From NCBI GenBank assembly GCA_051362555.1, contig CM120643.1, positions 21,766,848-21,830,847 of the forward strand: a DNA stretch of 64,000 nt. The letters are read 5' to 3'. Source of the DNA: Lingula anatina (taxonomy: Eukaryota; Animalia; Brachiopoda). A program made the position numbers and the translations under genes. Positions 61,901 to 64,000 of the stretch are shown here, one piece after another (position 1 is the stretch's first letter; the number at the start of each line of letters is the position of its first letter). Below the pieces are notes generated by a model that worked only from the letters and a program-made list of their open reading frames with translations, made no database searches and was not told where the DNA came from.

Positions 61901-64000
61901 AGTCAAAGTCCTGACGAGCTATCTGTCTCGAAATAACATTCCCCAGACTCTAAGTAAAACGAAGGAACCGGTAAAATACAGGGTCCGTGAGATCCTGTTT
62001 ATGACACCCAATCATGTATGAGAGTCCAGGGCCCCGTAACTCGAAAGCATCGCGTATTTGCGAATAGCGATATCATATAGAGGCTACAGTGTATTATATG
62101 GGGCGAGTATGGGCGAGTTATGGAATTGAGACGCTTGCGCTCTATCGCAATGCGCGATGCTTTCGAGTTACGGGGCCCAGGACTCGTTATTAAAGAAACC
62201 TGAGGTAGCCAGCATTTTAGATAGTGAGTGGGGGTGGGAGGTGTCTTTTTCTGAAAAAGTGAACCTTTGGTTAATGGCATACAACCTAGGTCAAATGATG
62301 ATTCAGAGCGGACCTTTCGCTGACTGACTGCAATTCTCCAACAGCACATAAAAGAAGAAATAATTCTGATATAAATTAATAACTTTACTTTTCTGTCCAA
62401 AGCGTCCGAAGCAACTAGTAGCCAGAGTGTGCGATTTGCCTACTGCGCAGAGAGACGAAAGTGGTTTTGGACCCCGTACGACAAAAATCACATTTGGATG
62501 GAAGTAAGAGAACTTGACAGGGCGTGAGCTGTTGTTTACATCCCTACGTGTGTATAATGCCTCGGTTGTGGAAACGAAACGCGTTTTTCACTTCTACTGC
62601 CATGTTTATTTTAGGAAATTATTCTATAAGAGACCATTCCCACAGATATTTAGATCGATCCCCTTGGGGGGTCTCACTAGATTGCTGTCAGCTTGACCGG
62701 CTTAAATGTCTGTCCCGCCTACTAAAAGCTGTAAGGGGTAATTAACTTTTGTGCGCGCCCGGCTCCCGGAAGCTGACAGCAATCTAGCGTGAAACCACAG
62801 GGAGTTGGGTCGATCCAGATGGATAGATCTAAATCTGTGGGAACCAAGTCTAACAGTTAATGTTGAGATTTTGATGACACAGCTAGTAGTTTCGTAGAGA
62901 GCATTCCCACAGACATCTGGATCGATCTATCTCCCTGGGGAGTTTCACTAAATTGCTGTCAACTTTACCGGCTTCAAAGTCTGTCTTGCCTAGTAAAGCT
63001 GCTAGGGCTAATTATCTTTACCCCTAGCTGTTTTGGATCGATCTATGTATGGGAACCCAGATTTGAATTCTTCAGAAACCAGCACTATAGTAATAGTTAC
63101 TGTAAGATAAACAGAATCTTAGGTAAATGTACATGCATGTGTCAAACGCTATTTCATTAAACATGTATTGATATATGTTTTTAGGTAAGCCACGAGAGTG
63201 TCCAAAGTGGTTCTCGTAAAGGAGAGATACCAGAGGAGAAGTACCTGAAGGTCATACGATTTCTACGAACAGAAAAGCCCATACTGGAGCGCCGTAATAC
63301 TGACTGCAACATATGTGCGTAATAAAATATTACCGTTAACAGTCGCTGTTGTTCATTTACTTCTGCTCTAGTGTTTCTTTTCCTTTATTCTTTCCCAAGT
63401 TTCTTACGTTTTTTTTTTTCTCATTTGTTGTATATTTGTTCAGTTTATTCTATTTTTTAATTATACACATCGTTAAAGCGGCCGTCGCTATCATAGTTGT
63501 TATTGTGTTTTAGAAATTTTATAGAATATAAAAATAAGTTATAGTCATTGTAAAAAATATACATATATCGAAGTAAAGAAAAAAAGATATTTTATATTTT
63601 ATTTTTTAATGATCAGGTGACCTGGTAAACGCTGGAAAGACGCGCAAACCAGATATGAACAACAGAGCATGTAAGTAGGAAAAATATGTTTTAATATGTT
63701 TCCTAAAAGAACTAGACATAAACGATATTACAACATAGCCGGTTTTTAATTTAAAATGGAGAGAGCTTTGTGAATTAAACGTTGATATTGACTAATTTGT
63801 TTTAATTTGTGTAATTTACACAAGCAAATTTTATTTCTATAATACAGGTGCCCAGCTGCCTACGATCCAAGAACCAGAGTCAGGGGCCTGTGCTGAGCCT
63901 GCAATCACTGCAGTTGGTGAACAAAGTGAAGGACAAATACCTGTATTAAAAAGCAATCGGTCAGTAGATACAAGTACTGAAGTACTGAGGATGATAATTT
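57928..64000 (+). CDS. Uncharacterised multi-exon protein with a TRADD-N-like domain and an unnamed W-x-W-T-P...W-M module; 3' incomplete
   Basis: Phase-compatible GT-AG exons: 57928-57959 (tentative), 58448-58560, 61449-61823, 62403-62503, 63185-63314, 63617-63670, 63848->64000. The joined frame has no stop. The 375-nt exon reads ..SSGCIILGMKVIGLNSLKHLLLAKRSGELETRLRKVLLT..VSLKVEI.. Confidence 0.65.
60069..61061. mobile_element. PIF/Harbinger-type deletion derivative, intronic
   Basis: About 30-bp TIRs (agcctctcttacaacccgtcgtgcgtgctt / aagcacgcacgaccggttgtaagagtagct) with TTA on both sides (60066-60068, 61062-61064). GC-richer interior. Confidence 0.8.
62030..62177. mobile_element. 148-bp palindromic MITE with CAG target duplication (Harbinger CWG type)
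   Basis: ggccccgtaactcgaaagcatcgcg / cgcgatgctttcgagttacggggcc with CAG on both sides (62027-62029, 62178-62180). Confidence 0.8.
62629..63060. mobile_element. Two adjacent copies of a fold-back MITE family (about 62629-62851 and 62896-63060); a third copy at about 51513-51730
   Basis: Shared ttcccacaga..gatcgatc..cacta(g/a)attgctgtca..accggctt and inverted ctgacagcaatctag..tgtgggaac. Confidence 0.65.

Overview
AT-rich, intron-containing animal genomic DNA, probably from a marine invertebrate (inferred from gene content and repeat types). Gene models were built by hand from GT-AG boundaries and reading-frame phase. In order: (1) the 3' part of a MOXD1/DBH-like copper monooxygenase (+); (2) two divergently transcribed SLC46 (PCFT/SLC46A3-like) paralogues; (3) a complete 10-exon NDUFAF6 (-), whose sixth intron holds a TA-flanked TIR element with a young, capsid-deleted Ty3/Gypsy retrotransposon nested inside; (4) a complete 11-exon NAGPA/uncovering enzyme (+), head-to-head with NDUFAF6 with only 73 bp between start codons; (5) a Toll-like LRR receptor with an intronless CDS and no TIR domain (-); (6) a nested stack of non-autonomous DNA elements at about 49-55 kb; (7) the 5' part of a spliced gene (+), largely missed by the ORF track, encoding a TRADD-N-like domain plus an unnamed Trp-rich module. 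The best novelty candidates are gene 7, the TIR-less receptor, and a CCGG-flanked Ginger1-like element that splits a tRNA-derived sequence. No database searches were run; family assignments rest on recognised motifs.
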